Shown here: positions 35,860-49,145 of the stretch, piece by piece
Numbering within the stretch: the stretch's first letter is position 1
Layout of the letters: the number at the start of each line of letters is the position of its first letter
Source: Octopus sinensis
Lineage: Eukaryota
NCBI RefSeq assembly: GCF_006345805.1
Contig: NC_042998.1
Coordinates: forward strand, 172,422,001 to 172,486,000
Length of the DNA stretch: 64,000 nt
Reading direction: 5' to 3'
Translations under genes and position numbers: made by a program
The notes under the pieces: generated by a model
Told to the model about the DNA's origin: nothing
The model's database searches: none
Seen by the model: the letters and a program-made list of their open reading frames with translations, nothing else

Positions 35860-36240
35860 ATTTATATTGAGCAAAGGTAAATTTTCTCATATGAAAGCAC
35901 CTTAAAGCTTGTTCTTGTCTAGAATATATTATATTACCGTCAGACGTAAAAATCTGGTAAAATTATTCTATATACAGGTCACATTTATTAGTTTCTGGTC
36001 TATGGTTTTGCAATACTAATTAATTCTCAATTGATAGTATAGTCTTTGTTTCTGTCTTTTATAGATCAGATTAACCTACTCAGACTGGTCTGGAATTTTA
36101 TATTTTTATCTCTAATGAAATTAAGTGATCAACAAGTCTTGTTTTGAAAATTAGTGCAATCGAACCGATGTAAAAATATTCGTTTTCCTCAGATGTAAGT
36201 TTACATTTATGTATTACATTTTTAGTCTTATATTTATCAT
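35860..36240 (-). mobile_element. Penelope-like GIY-YIG endonuclease remnant
   Basis: KNVIHKCKLTSEENEYFYIGS...FKTRLVDH...TSLSRLI.SIKDRNKDYTIN.ELI...KCDL...CFHMRKF; lies upstream of HHR-3 on the same strand. Confidence 0.8.
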
Positions 36241-36251
36241 TCACATAATAT

Positions 36252-36736
36252 AGACGCAGGAGTGGCTGTGAAGTAAGTAGCTTGCTTACCAACCTCATGG
36301 TTTCGGGTTCAGTCCCACTGCGTGACACCTTGGGCAGGTGTCTTCTACTATAGTCTCGGGCCGACCAGAGCCCTGTGAGTGGATTTGGTAGACGGAAACT
36401 GAAAGAAGCCCGTCGTATATATGTATATGAATGTGTTTGTGTGTCTGTGTTTGTCCCCCCCCCCAACATCGCTTGACAACCGATGGTGGTGTGTTTACGT
36501 CCCCGTATGTATGTATATATATACATGTGTGTGTGTGTCTATGTGTCTGTTTGTCCCCAACATCGCTTGACAACCGATGGTGGTATGTTTACGTCCCCGT
36601 AATCTAGCGGTTCGGCAAAAGTGACCGATAGAATAAGTACTAGGCTTACAAAGAATGAATCCTGGGGTCGATTTGCTCGACTAAAGGCGGTGCTCCAGCA
36701 AGGCCACAGTCAAATGACTGAAACAAGTAAAAGAAT
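36252..36736 (+). mobile_element. SINE family A with internal ~80-bp duplication
   Basis: Full head and tail; 'tgtttgtcccc...catcgcttgacaaccgatggtgg...acgtccccgt' occurs twice. Confidence 0.88.
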
Positions 36737-37324
36737 ATAACAGGAGTCTCGGTTAGAACAGTTGCAGAGATAATTTTTTTTTATATATCTCTCAGATTTA
36801 GCAATAATTTGATCATTCAGGGTAAAATCAAATTAATTTCTACTAAGTTCTTTATTATTATTTACTTTTTCATATAACGTTATATTCTATTTCTACAGAA
36901 TTTTTATTCAATTCTACATCATTAATTTTATTAAGTTGTGTTGTTTCCCTTTCCGAGATTTTCAAATTCGTGGCGTTTTCTTCTATTTGAGCTTTTTTTT
37001 TTATTCCGCTTGACATTATTCAGAATATTTACTTTGCTACTCTGATAGCTTTTTTGAAATTTCGATATTATTTTTACATTGTGTTGTTATTATTTGTGCA
37101 TATTACTACTCTTTGTCCGTACGGATCTTATGTTTATTAAAAATTCTATATCTATGCAGCGTGGAAGGTGTTTATAAGCCATTTAAGAAACACACAAAAT
37201 CCTTTAGATTCACTTCAACATTTAAATTCAATTTGTCAAAATGTTTTCTTCGTTTTGAGACTGCGACCTGTTCACTGACAAAATTCCATGCTGCATCTGA
37301 GAAAGTAACAGTTAGTTCATGATA

Positions 37325-37768
37325 TATATGTACGTATGTATGTATGTATGTATGTATGTATGTATGTATGTATGTATGTATGTGTGTGTATGAATGTACG
37401 TATGTCTGTATGTAAGTAGGTAGGTAGGTATGTAGGTATGTATGTATGTGCGTATGCATGTATGTATGTGTGTATATACATACATACATACATGTGTGTG
37501 TGTGTATGTATGTATGTATGTATATATGTATATATGTATATATGTATGTGCGTATGCATGTATGTATGTGTGTACATGTATGTGTGTATGCATATGTGTA
37601 CATGCGTATCCATGTGTGCATGCTTATACGCATGTATGTATGTATGTATGTATGTATGTATGTATGTATGTATGTATGTATGTATGTATGTATGTATGTA
37701 TGTATGTATGTGTGTGTGTGTATGTATGTATGTATGTATGTATGTATGTATGTATGTATGTATGTATG

Positions 37769-37799
<31 letters not shown>

Positions 37800-37810
37800 G
37801 TATGTATATC
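37325..37810. repeat. (TATG)n mosaic microsatellite
   Basis: Direct reading. Confidence 0.95.
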
Positions 37811-38099
37811 TATGATTTATAGGAAAATATCTTTCTATTGCTGTATTGAACAATTTAGAAAAAATATAATTTATTTGCTTACCACATGGAACAATTATCC
37901 ACAAAGTACTTTTTGAGTTATAATTATGATTATAATTTTGGTGTTTTTGTTGTTTTTGTAAAATCTCAGAAAATAATTAAAAATTCACATTTTTTATCAA
38001 ATTATTTTGTTATATTTGTCTTCGATCTTTATTCAGGTTAGCGTTTATTTTATCTTTAAAATTTTTAGTTGTGTTTATATTAAAAGAATTTGAGTTTAA

Positions 38100-39370
38100 G
38101 GGCTTGACAATACAACCTCGACAGTCAGGTGACAATTATAGTTCTCTTGGACAAAATGTCATATGATGAACCCATAGATAAGGAGAAAACCTGGCATGAA
38201 TATCTCACGGGAAAATATGGTCATCAGAACTCTCAGCTTACAACAAACATATTGCCCACAACGCCTTTGCAATGCCTGTCCTCACACCTACGTTTGGCCT
38301 TCTGGATTTTTCATTACATGAACTCAATGAGATAGATGTTCGAACACGCAAGCTGCTCAGTGTTGCAGGAAACTTCAAAAGCAATGGGAATGCAGACAGG
38401 CTATTTTTCCCATGCAAGGATGGTGGCCGTGGTCTCAAATTTGTATTGATGTCACACGTATTGTAACACTGACACATCTTCAGCAGAGGAATGAGATCAG
38501 TAACAATCTTACTTACTCAGGTTTGTGGGCATGAAATCAACAACATTATTAGGATAACTAATGAACTTGAGGAGAGTTATGAAATAAGAACTGATACATT
38601 TCACTCTCCAAGAAGCATTGGCAAAATCGATTTATCAGAACAACTGAATGAAAAAGTGGACGAGGTCACTGAGAAGATAGTACATGAATATTTGGCACGT
38701 AAACACAAACTATAGAAGGGATCGATCATGTCAAAAGCTTGGCATGGAGTACTGACAAGTTAATGACATCCCACTTCCAAGGCTATATCCATGCAATTCA
38801 GAACGAGATTCCCAGTAGGTACCTACTGAATGAAAGACAGACCAAGACTTAAGACATCAACCACATCGTTGCCAACTTTGAGAGAGTGTTTTCCAGATAT
38901 TATTTTCCCATGAGGCATGATTCAGTGGCCAGAACAGTCTGGAACAAGATAATAAAATGAAAACACCTACAAACGGAGCTGACTATATTGAGAGTGATAG
39001 TTCAAAAGAATATTGAAGGAAATTATAAATTAAAGCAACCACAAGTTAAAACACAACGGGCCATATATTGTTGTGTGGGACCACAAAGTAAAGATATATT
39101 CAGTTGCGGAAATCAGCTGCTCTCTGGACACCAATGTGGTCAGAGAAATACAAGAGAATGAGGACATTTATAAACCATTGATAATGATTTTTCAAATCCT
39201 GTACTCACGGTACACTTTCAGCTTCATACCTATTATTATTATTGGGGCTACAGGATACATACCAACCCGTATGGTTGAACTTGGGTTCTTGGAGAGAACG
39301 TAAATACTTATTTCACACACTACAAATGATTAAGATACCTGGAGGCTATAAAAATCTGCAAGATCTTAAG
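38100..39370 (+). mobile_element. Decayed RLE-type (R4/NeSL-like) non-LTR retrotransposon, 3' part
   Basis: MPVLTPTFG...EIDVRTRKLL...DRLFFPCKDGGRGLK; RHDSVAR; AEISCSLDTN...YKPL...FIPIIIIGATG. Confidence 0.8.
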
Positions 39371-40009
39371 ATCTAAAGGCCGAGGAACAAAACACGATGC
39401 TTTCTTCCACAACTTTGCCACCAAGTAGGTGGTCAGTCAAAATAAGCTCTAAATTCCAAAAGTGAACGACAACACACACACACACACACACAACAATAAA
39501 ATAAAAGTTAGCCGAGATACCAGCTGCATGAAAATCAACAGCTAGGTAGGGCTGAGTATATTTAAAGTATTATACTAATCACCTACAACCGAAAAAAAAA
39601 AGAAAAGGCTGACCTTGGCGAGATTTAAGTTAGGACAGAAAGAGTCGGAGCAAATAGCTCAATGTTTTTATACTCTAACTATTCCGCCAATCCACTGACA
39701 CCAAAACAACAATAATAAGGATTTCTTTATTTGCTAGAAAAATTAACATATATCTAACAAAGTCGAAGCACAAGATAAACATGTTACGATAAACTACACG
39801 AATATATTGAAACTGATTATATATAAGCACAATTCAAGTAACATATGCATATATAAGTATATAATGTTATACAAATATCCAATTGCGTATAAATGTAATA
39901 AATATAATGATGTGCAAAAAAAAAATCAACCTGCGAATTTATAGTAGAGACAAAATTTCGGAAGTCTCCTTAAAATATGCAAGCCATAATCATTAGGGCT
40001 TGGAAAAAA

Positions 40010-40160
40010 TTCTATGCGGTATTTTTTCCGGCTCTTTACATTCAGAATTCAAATCTCACCGAAGTCAACTTTATTTTTTCGTCCCTCTGCGTTCGATAAA
40101 ATGAAGTACCAGTCAAGTACTGAGACCGATGGTATTGACTAACCCACTTCCACTAAAATT
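40010..40160 (+). mobile_element. SINE family M diverged fragment
   Basis: cagaattcaaatctcaccgaagtcaacttt...gttcgataaaatgaagtaccagt. Confidence 0.6.
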
Positions 40161-40884
40161 GTAATCACCATCACCCTCCTCCTCCTCCTCCTCCTCCTCA
40201 TCGTCTTCGTCGTCGTCGTTACCATTATCATTTATCGCTGTCATCATCTTAACGTACCGTTGTGTGCCAGACTGATCTGAGAGAGATAAATGACAGAGCA
40301 TCCCTTTTTTTTGTCACACTTCTGTTTAAGCTACTAAATAAAGATAATGATGTTTAAATATGCCTGCTAGTGCTATTGTGTTTTTCATTTCCCCGTTCTA
40401 CAAGAATTTAAAAAAAAATGGCACAAATAATCAATCGCAATGTCAGCTGGTACATGTTGTTTTGTCTTCATTTATCTATTATTAGATTAGTTTAATTTGC
40501 ACCACGAAATCCATCAGGACCTCCCAGTAATTTATTTTCAATAACAGATTCTTATGCCACTTTTCAATTAATCGCAGACCACATTTCCCACAAACATGTT
40601 TTCCCTACCGTGTCATGCTTTCGTTATAGCTTAATTGTTTTTTTTCTTTACATTCTTGCAACATTCACAAATTCAGTTATTGTCACTTTTATAGACAGTT
40701 ATATTTGGCCTACAGCCAATACTTATATCATTTGGGTTTTGGCTATTTTCCTATTAACTAAGTTTACTCTTTTGTTATTGTTTCCGATGTGGCTTTCGTT
40801 GCTGCTGGTTGTGATGCTGTCGTTGTTCTTGTTCACAAAGGCAGCTATCAACTTTAGTGTCGACAAAAATGTTTTCTGGTAATT

Positions 40885-41045
40885 CTCCTGGTTTTTACGT
40901 TCTGAGATCAGATATCACCGAGATGAACCCTTCTTTCATCCCTCCGAGATCGATAAAATAAAGTAACAGTCAAGTACGGAGCTAGACGCTAATGACCACT
41001 CCCCTTCCCCTCAAAGTTGCAGAATTTTTACCTAAATCAGGAATT
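40885..41045 (+). mobile_element. SINE family M diverged fragment
   Basis: gttctgagatcaga...tttcatccctccgagatcgataaaataaagta. Confidence 0.6.
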
Positions 41046-41339
41046 ATTTTTATCATTGCTTATTGCTGTAGCTGAACGTATTTTCGAAGTTTCGTAAATT
41101 CGTGTCTTGCTCTCCTTTTTAGAGGGTTATATTAACTAATTCTATTGTCTTTCTTGATAAGTCGACCAGAGCTGTGAAGTACGGATTGGCCCTCTTTTGT
41201 TACTCGACTTACGTAACAAAATTTTGAAAGAAAACTGTTTTAAAAGTAACTTTCAAAATTGCTTCCGTACTTTCGTCTTTGCCTGTCGAGCAGAAGCTGA
41301 GGAAATTGAGAGATAGTTTTCAAGGTGAAATTCTCGTTT

Positions 41340-41735
41340 GCAATCAGCATCATCCAGCCACACAACACTACAGGTGTGCTAATGACTTACAACATTATTA
41401 GCAGCAGCATCAGTAGCAACAAAAACAGTAACTATAGCAACAGCACCAGCAGCAGCGCCAGCAGCAGCAGCAGCAACAGCAACAATAACAACAACAAAAG
41501 CTGCAGCAACAACAGTGACGACGGTTAGGGTTAGGGTTAGGGTCACCCACAAAATCATCTGTCACCCTCTGTCACCCACAATATCATTAGCGGGAAAAAG
41601 AATCTATTGCTACCGCTTCAATCATTGTAGCTTAAAACTGTAGTAGTAGGAATGGAGCTACTACCATCTCACCAGTACTAGAAAATTACAGCAGCAGCAG
41701 CAGCAGTAGCAGCAACAGCAACACCAATAGCAGCG
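41340..41735. repeat. (CAG/CAA/TAG)n low-complexity tract with (TTAGGG)3 at 41525-41542
   Basis: Direct reading. Confidence 0.85.
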
Positions 41736-41736
41736 G

Positions 41737-41930
41737 TAGAGGCGCAATGGTCCAGTGGTTAGGGCAGCGGACTCGCGGTCGTAAGAACGCGGTTTCGATT
41801 CCCAAACCAAGTATTGTGAGTATTTATTGAGCAAAAACACCTAAGCTCCACGAGGCTCCGGCGGTGGGTGGTGGTGAACCCCGCTGTACACTTTCACCAC
41901 AATTTTCACTCTTTCTTCCTACTTCTGCTA
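41737..41930 (+). mobile_element. SINE family B 5' part
   Basis: Homologous to the head of 18197-18585. Confidence 0.85.
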
Positions 41931-42205
41931 CAAAGCAGAGGAACCATGCTGTAACCCACTATGGTGTGATAAACTTTCAGACCCTAGTCTAGATTGCGAA
42001 TCCTCTGTACCCCAAGATGGTTCAGCTCTCCACCCATTAAAATCCACCGCTTACGGAATGAGGATAACAACGTAGCTTTCGCGCCCGTGCAACTGCCAGT
42101 CTATCGCATGTGGTGGGTGGATCTTCATGTTGCTACACGCATTCTTAATAGCTTAGAGTAGGCTTAAATTAGAGATTATTCTTTGTAGCTAATGGCGTGA
42201 GTTCT

Positions 42206-42316
42206 GATTGGAAGAAGAAGAAGAAGAAGAAGAAGAAGAAGGAGGAGGAGGAGGAGGAGGAGGAGAATAATAATAATAAGAAGAAGAGGAAGAAGAAGAA
42301 AAAGAAGAAGAAGAAA
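42206..42316. repeat. (GAA/GAG/AAT)n trinucleotide tract
   Basis: Direct reading. Confidence 0.95.
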
Positions 42317-42429
42317 CAGCGGGAACAAGGCTTAAAAGAAAAAAAAATGAAAATTCATTTGCCAACATTACAAAATCTTTTGATTTCGTCTCACTAAATA
42401 TAAAATCATTAATTCATGAAAGAAGCAGA

Positions 42430-44160
42430 GCGACACTTCAACACTGAATTTTCATTCGGAGATCTTGGCCCAGAACACTGATATCAATTTATCTGGAACG
42501 GAAAGGGATCAGAGCAAAAATTGCAAATATACCACCAGAACTAAATTTCTGAGAGGTGGTAAAATGCGTTGTGTTGGATTCTGCTAGAAATATAAGATTC
42601 CGAAACAGAAATTGTACCTGAATGGGGAATGACAATCCTATTTTAGGTGAAACCTGAGACACAAGACAATTATCTCCGACGCAGTAGAGATCACAAGAGA
42701 GAGCTTGTGTAGAGGGTAGAGGAAAGAAGAAGGCCTATGTCCCACAATTTTGGACACATTGATCACTTATACTCCACCAACAGCTACAGAAAGTGATAGT
42801 TGAAACAAGGTGCCCACAGTTGTGAACACCACAACCTCAACAGTGGTAACAGCAGTAGCAATCACAACACCAGCAAGAGTAGCACTGGCAACTATATGCA
42901 CCCACAGCAGTAGTGGTTGTAGCACCATCTGCAAGAACAGAAGAAGCACATGCAGCAACAAGAGCAACAACAGCAACAACAATAGTGGAAGTGTCAGTAA
43001 CAAAAACAAGAAAAGAAGTACCGTCAGCAAGAGTTACCCATCACCAACAACAGGAAGAACAATAACAAGAGAAATCCCCAAAGCAATAATGAAAAGAAAT
43101 ATAACAGAGCAAAACATTAAATTACTCCCAAGACATTCTGCTCTCCACTTCATGTCACTCAAAAATATGTGGCGAAGGGGACGAGGAAAATTCGAAATAC
43201 CAAAATGTGCCCAAGGGAATGAATTAAAAACGAAAAGCCAACAGAAAAGCTGGATGGTTCGAACAAATGGAGGAGATGCATTAGCACTATCAACACCATC
43301 ATCATTATCACCAGCACCTCAGACATCAGCAGCATTACAAGCACAAGCATAGCCTAATTCAAGCCCACACATACAGCCAGAGTACTACCCACAGTACGAA
43401 AAATAAATCACCAACTACACAGCTATAGAAACAATCAACAAAAAAAAAAAATTATTGATTACCATAAACCATTATAAAGAAAAAAACAACAAAAAACAAA
43501 AAAAATACAAACCTAAAACGGAAAATAAATACATAATAAACAAATATCCTGCAGGAACGACTTTACGAAGACATATTTGTAGAAATATCCACAAGCTGTA
43601 ATCACGGTGCTATCTTTTCGTCCGAATAATGTAGATGGTCCTTCTCCATTTCCTCCCGTTTTCTAACATAGCTTTATTCGGATTAGGAATGTCGAATATA
43701 CATGGCTTGGGATTGCCTTGAAAGCAGAGTCACCTATTCAACGACCTTAAGTCACTAGAAATATATTTGGTGACCAAAACGTGGCAAGAATTTCCGAAGC
43801 ACGAGCATTTGCGCTCTTTGCTGGCTACGAGGAATAGACATCTCTAAGTCAATTGGGATCCGGAAGGAAGTAGAGTCGCTGTGCTATTTAAGAAAGTTCT
43901 AGAGGTCACGATACTGACCATCTTATTGGAACCAGAATATTAGAGGGTGGTACTGGATGTGACCAACAACAAAGGATATACCTTTAGACAAGTAGCCATC
44001 TATGCCCCGATAAAAAACGGGTCAGCCAAATTTCTTCCGACGTCTAGACTTGGGAAAGTGCCGCTAGTCAGTTCTAGTGGGTGATAGGCACATCATCCTC
44101 GCTGTACACTTAGAGTGTGTGGGGTTAGCTGATAAGAGAATGGTGAAGAATCATTAGAGT
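42430..44160 (+). mobile_element. Tx1/L1-clade LINE 5' portion (ORF1-like region + APE endonuclease), 3'-truncated
   Basis: 43682-44160: MSNIHGL, GSRVAVLFKK, RVVLDV, FRQVAIYAP; the upstream low-complexity ORF1-like assignment is less certain. Confidence 0.65.
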
Positions 44161-44608
44161 GCCGGACGAAATGCCCTGCAGTAATTTTTAGAAACTTTAT
44201 GATCTGAGTTTGACCACAGTTAAATTTGCTGGCCTTTTGCTTAAATTATGAACAATAGTTGCTATTGTTACTTCCAATGTTTCTGTTTTTTTCATTAACC
44301 CCCACCCCCACCCCAAACCACAAAACGTTTTTGACTCCCGGCCATGAGGACCCTTGGCAATAAATATTTCGTCCTTTATTTTGTAGAATTAAGAATCAGA
44401 TGAAATAAAAAAAAAACCAAACCAAACAAAACAAAACTGAATAAATAAATGTAAATGAATTACGAAAAGTCAAAATTTAGTGGCAAATGTTCAGAAAAGA
44501 AAATGATTTCAAACAATGTGTGTGTGTGTGTGCATGTATGCGTGCGTGTGTGTGTGTGTGTGTGGGTGTATGTGTGGTGTGCATGTATACACACACACAC
44601 ACACACAT

Positions 44609-44825
44609 TCTTTTATTCTTTTACTCGTTTCAGTCATTTGTCATTTGACTGCAGCCATGTTGGAGCACCGCCTTGAAGTGTTTTAGTCGAAGGCATCGAC
44701 CTCCGGACTTAATTTTTTGTTCTATCGGTTCCTTATTCCGAACCGCTACATTAGGCGACTTAAACACAAAAAAAATACCGGTTGTCAAGCGGTGATTGGG
44801 AGGAGGGACAAACACAGATACAAAG
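44609..44825 (-). mobile_element. SINE family A 3' half
   Basis: ttttactcgtttcagtcatttg...ggagcaccgcc...ggttgtcaagcg. Confidence 0.8.
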
Positions 44826-45059
44826 AAACACCCCACCCTTGCTTTCCCCACTCTCACCTCCCCCACCTCCCAACACCATCACACCACACCACACTACACA
44901 CCACTACACCTTACACCATCATACCACACAGCACATCACATCACAGCACACCACCATGCACACATCAACACTGACCACTTCCCAGACCCACAATTTCACA
45001 CCTACACACACGCACACGTCAAGATCACCAGCCCTCTCCCACTCGCACATAAAAACTCT

Positions 45060-45500
45060 TTTATACACACGCACGCGCACTTTCGTTTTGGGATCACCAC
45101 TACTTCGCCATGATAGATCGCTAGGCACTACACATTCCTTATTTTCTCTCCTTGTTTCTCATCGTGTTCCTTTCTGTGGAAGAGCGTAGGCTCGAAACGT
45201 TAAAGACATTTTCACTTCCCGCATTATGTAATACATCTGTTTGTTGTCTACACCACCTGTCTTTGTCTTTTGTTTTTTTTGTGAATTATCCCGACCGCGT
45301 GTGTATCGTTGGCGATTTTTTCCTGCATCTTCCCTTCCTTAGATCTTTCCTTTTCCTGTGTTTCTGACGAAGAGCTCCGCTCAAAACGTTGAATCCTTCT
45401 TTCTTTCCTTTCGTGAGCGTCTAATAGCACTATACTTGTTCCACGTCCTCGTGTTGTTGTGTTTTCTCTTTGTGTTTTCATGTTTGGATTAACTATACAT
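45060..45500 (+). mobile_element. PLE-type pseudo-LTR with two minimal hammerhead motifs
   Basis: CTGTGGA-a-gagc-gtag-gctc-GAAACGTT (45174-45201) and CTGACGA-a-gagc-tcc-gctc-AAAACGTT (45364-45390). Confidence 0.7.
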
Positions 45501-45823
45501 ACACACACACACACACACACACCACACACACACACACACACATATAAAGTAACAAACTGAGGAAAATATATATATAAGACGAAACAATTTGTTGGCCTTT
45601 TACGGTTTTTATAATTATTTATATACTATTATGTTATGTTATATAGTATATTCATAGTATTCAATGTAATATAAATAAATTATTGAATTGTCAATAGAAT
45701 ATCTCTATATTTAATGTATCCTTATATATGTGTGTGTGTGTGTCTGTCTGTTTATGAATGTACGTACGTACGTATGTATGTATGTATATTAGTATGCGTG
45801 TATGTATGTATGTCCGTATCTAG

Positions 45824-45857
<34 letters not shown>

Positions 45858-45944
45858 ATCTATCTATCTATCTATAAGTGTGTGCATGTATATATATATA
45901 TATATATTATATATATATATATATTATATATATATATATTATAT

Positions 45945-46935
45945 CATATATAAATGTCAGTTTCTGTCTGTTATCATCGTAGTGCCTAAACCAGCGACCC
46001 AATATTCATGAAACTGAATAAATGTTATACTAACATACAGTTCAATAATAGGCTAATTGAATTTCAATAAAAATCTATAATGTGCGCGGGGCGTTGGGCG
46101 GATTATATGATAAAATGAGAAGTTCACAAATGTATTAGTCGGAGGAAAAGGTAGTAGCAGAGCGAGGTTGACTTATATCAGTGAAGGCGAGAACAGTGGT
46201 AGAAATGGGATGTTAACGTTAATACAGCTGTAATATACACGCGACGCTGCATAGATAATTTTGTATATTCATAGATACAACACACACACACACACACACA
46301 CACCACACACACACACACACACAGAGAAATGTGGGTGCGAGGAATACGCAACTTTAAGGAGAGAGGGTGGATTTTCTGAGGTCTATATATATATACTATC
46401 TGAATTACCCGATAATACCGGAGAAGTGGGGGTTATTTTCAGTTCCCATTCCCATTACACTGTTTCATGTCCCATCCCATTTCCTGTTTAGTTCCCGTTT
46501 TAGTTTCGCCCCCATTCCTATCCCCAATCTTATGTCAATATATAAATTTTTGAATCAGGTGTAATTAAGTCAACTTTATTAACTTTTATTGCAATAGCTT
46601 ATTGCTAAAAATAGGTATTACAGACTATTAATACGACTAGTGAGTGAATAAGGAATGTCCCTATATTTTAACAAACGAATATGCATCTGAATAAAATAAA
46701 TGAGTTGATCGGTATACCGGGAAAGCCAAGGTTATCCCCAGTTCCTGTTTACCATTACACTGTTTCATGTCCTACTCCGTTTCTTCTTCAGTTCTCGTTT
46801 TTATGCCCAACCTGCCCTTTATGGTATAAGTTTATTGCTAAAAATAGGTATTACAAAATATTAATTCGATTTGTGGGTGAATGAGGAATGTCCCTATATC
46901 TTAACAAACGAATATGCATCTGAGTAAAATAAATT
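45945..46935 (+). mobile_element. Helitron-like 5' segment followed by a diverged tandem duplication
   Basis: Start atatataaatgtcagtttctgtctg...attcatgaaactg resembles 7234ff; 46400-46700 and 46705-46935 are diverged repeats; no clear 3' CTAG hairpin. Confidence 0.4.
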
Positions 46936-48317
46936 AGATAAACAGATAGATTTATAAATGCACTGACGAATAGTCCGTGTGTTGTAGCTGGCGATGTCGC
47001 GTGTCGTAGCTTTTTTTAGCTGATTTGTAAACGTCTTCTACAGTCCCCCTCCCTTATGGGCCCATTATAGATTTTTATTGAATTCCACTTCGCCTGTAAT
47101 TCAACTGGATGTTAGAGACAAATAAATAACAAAATCGGATTTAACGTGGAAAATTATTTCCATATACCAAATTTGAAACTTTTGATGTAATTTTAAAATC
47201 TCACAATATGTGACAGCAATATATATATATACGTATGGGAAAAAAATCTGAAATGCAGGAGTTTTTAAAAGTATTTATTAATTTAACAGGTTTCCCTTAC
47301 TTAAAAAGATTTTCGAAAGTAATATATGAGGCTTTGTGTATCCTCTGTGGTGTCAAAAATTAGTTTATACAAATGTATTCAAATCAAGTCATAGAGACTG
47401 ATAATGATAAAAAGTTTGAGGCTTCTTTAGTGATGAGTAAAAAATAGTTTACATAAAAACATTGCGATCAGGTAATAAAATTTTGTTACGATGACAAGAA
47501 GATAAAAATTAGTTAAAATAAATATATTCAAATCAAGTAACAGAGTTTTTGACAAGAAGATAAAACGTGTCTAGTTTGTCAATCACTGGGTACTAAAGTT
47601 TTAGTTTCACTGTGATCAGAAACCATAATTGTTTGCAACATCTTAAATTGAAAAAAAAGGTGAGTAGAGAAATAACAGACCATTTGTTGTTCTCGGATCT
47701 GGCTGTTGGGTTTCGCATCTGGATGGAATTTGATAATTACCACTATTTTATACATTTAAAAGAAAAAAAAAAACAACAATGTGGTTGGTTGATGGCAGTC
47801 ACGTGATCAAAACATGGTTCTGTTTTTAAAAGAAGGTCGCTTAGAATTTCTCTCTAGAAACAGTGTGGGTGGCTCATGGCAGTGACATGATCAGAAGGTA
47901 GTTCACGATTGATCTGATTTCTAATAATTGTTGTAAAGCCAAGAAAGGCTTTTGTAGTGAGCTGGGTTTTGTTATGGTTCAGTAGTTTTGGCTGGTGTTT
48001 TGGGGTTAATATGTATGACTCATCAGTAAAGAATGGTGTAAGTGTATATGTGGGTATGTACGTGCATGTCTTTTTTTTTCTGGTTAGGGTGGTGTGTGGG
48101 TGCACATGGGTATGTATGTGTGCGTGTTATATTATTGTCCAGGTGGTATGTGTATATGTACGTGTGTATGAGTGTGTTTGTGTGTGTTATATTTATCAGG
48201 GCGCAGTGTGTGTTCATGTGTATGCATGTGTATATGTGTCACGTTTGTCAGAGTGGTGCGCATGTGTGCGTGTGTGTGTGTGTATGTGTGGTGGGTAATT
48301 TTGCATTGGTGCATCAA

Positions 48318-48600
48318 AAAACTAAATTTGTCATTAGGTGTAAAGGGTGCCACAAAGATTACATAGGACAAACTAACCTTCTCCTTAGAGGTATGATGAC
48401 AACCTACCGCTAACAATTGCGGGACCCCACCACAAGACAGATACCACTCAGTGGCCACTTAGATCTCTGTTCAAAAAATAAGTCCCCCAATTACAAGCTT
48501 TCCCACTGTACCTTAGCCCAGACAGCACCACTGACCAAACACAAATAAATAAGAGTACATTTTTATTCAAAAATACAGAACACAATTAAACACACACCAA
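48318..48600 (+). mobile_element. Penelope-like GIY-YIG endonuclease remnant
   Basis: KFVIRCKGCHKDYIGQT...TYR.QLRDPTTRQIPLSGHLDLCSK. Confidence 0.8.
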
Positions 48601-49145
48601 TATCTTAAAATATATACTTGCACTGTCGACTGGTGTCGGAACAACTAGGCAATATTCTAATTCCTACACACACGCACACTCTCTGCACGCTTTCGCAAAT
48701 AAACACAATATCTCTATCTCCCAGAAACACACATCTACAACAAACGCACACACAGATACATACACAGATAGACACACAAATATAATATAACTCACGCACA
48801 CACACGCATATACACATGCACACATAAACACAATATTCCCATTTCCCAGAAAAACACACACACATTTCTATAAAAATCAGACACATACACACGCAATACA
48901 ATTTAACAGTCACAACAAACACTCAGAGACACGCATATATACACACATACACAAGCGCATACACGTACATACTTGCACACGCACACATACACACACCGCC
49001 CTGATAAACACAAAACACACACACATACACACATACCGCTCTGAGAAATACAAATAGCACACACGCACACATGCAGACGTGCGAGCGCACACGCCTTTTC
49101 GACAAACACAATATACACATGCACGCACACGTACACACACATACA

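Noticed and set aside
40610-40882. 90-aa hydrophobic ORF resembling a membrane protein exon
   Set aside because: T-rich composition explains the hydrophobicity; no recognisable family motif or splice support
42810-43352. 180-aa Ser/Thr/Asn-rich ORF as a host gene
   Set aside because: Low-complexity sequence directly upstream of a Tx1 endonuclease; more likely decayed LINE ORF1
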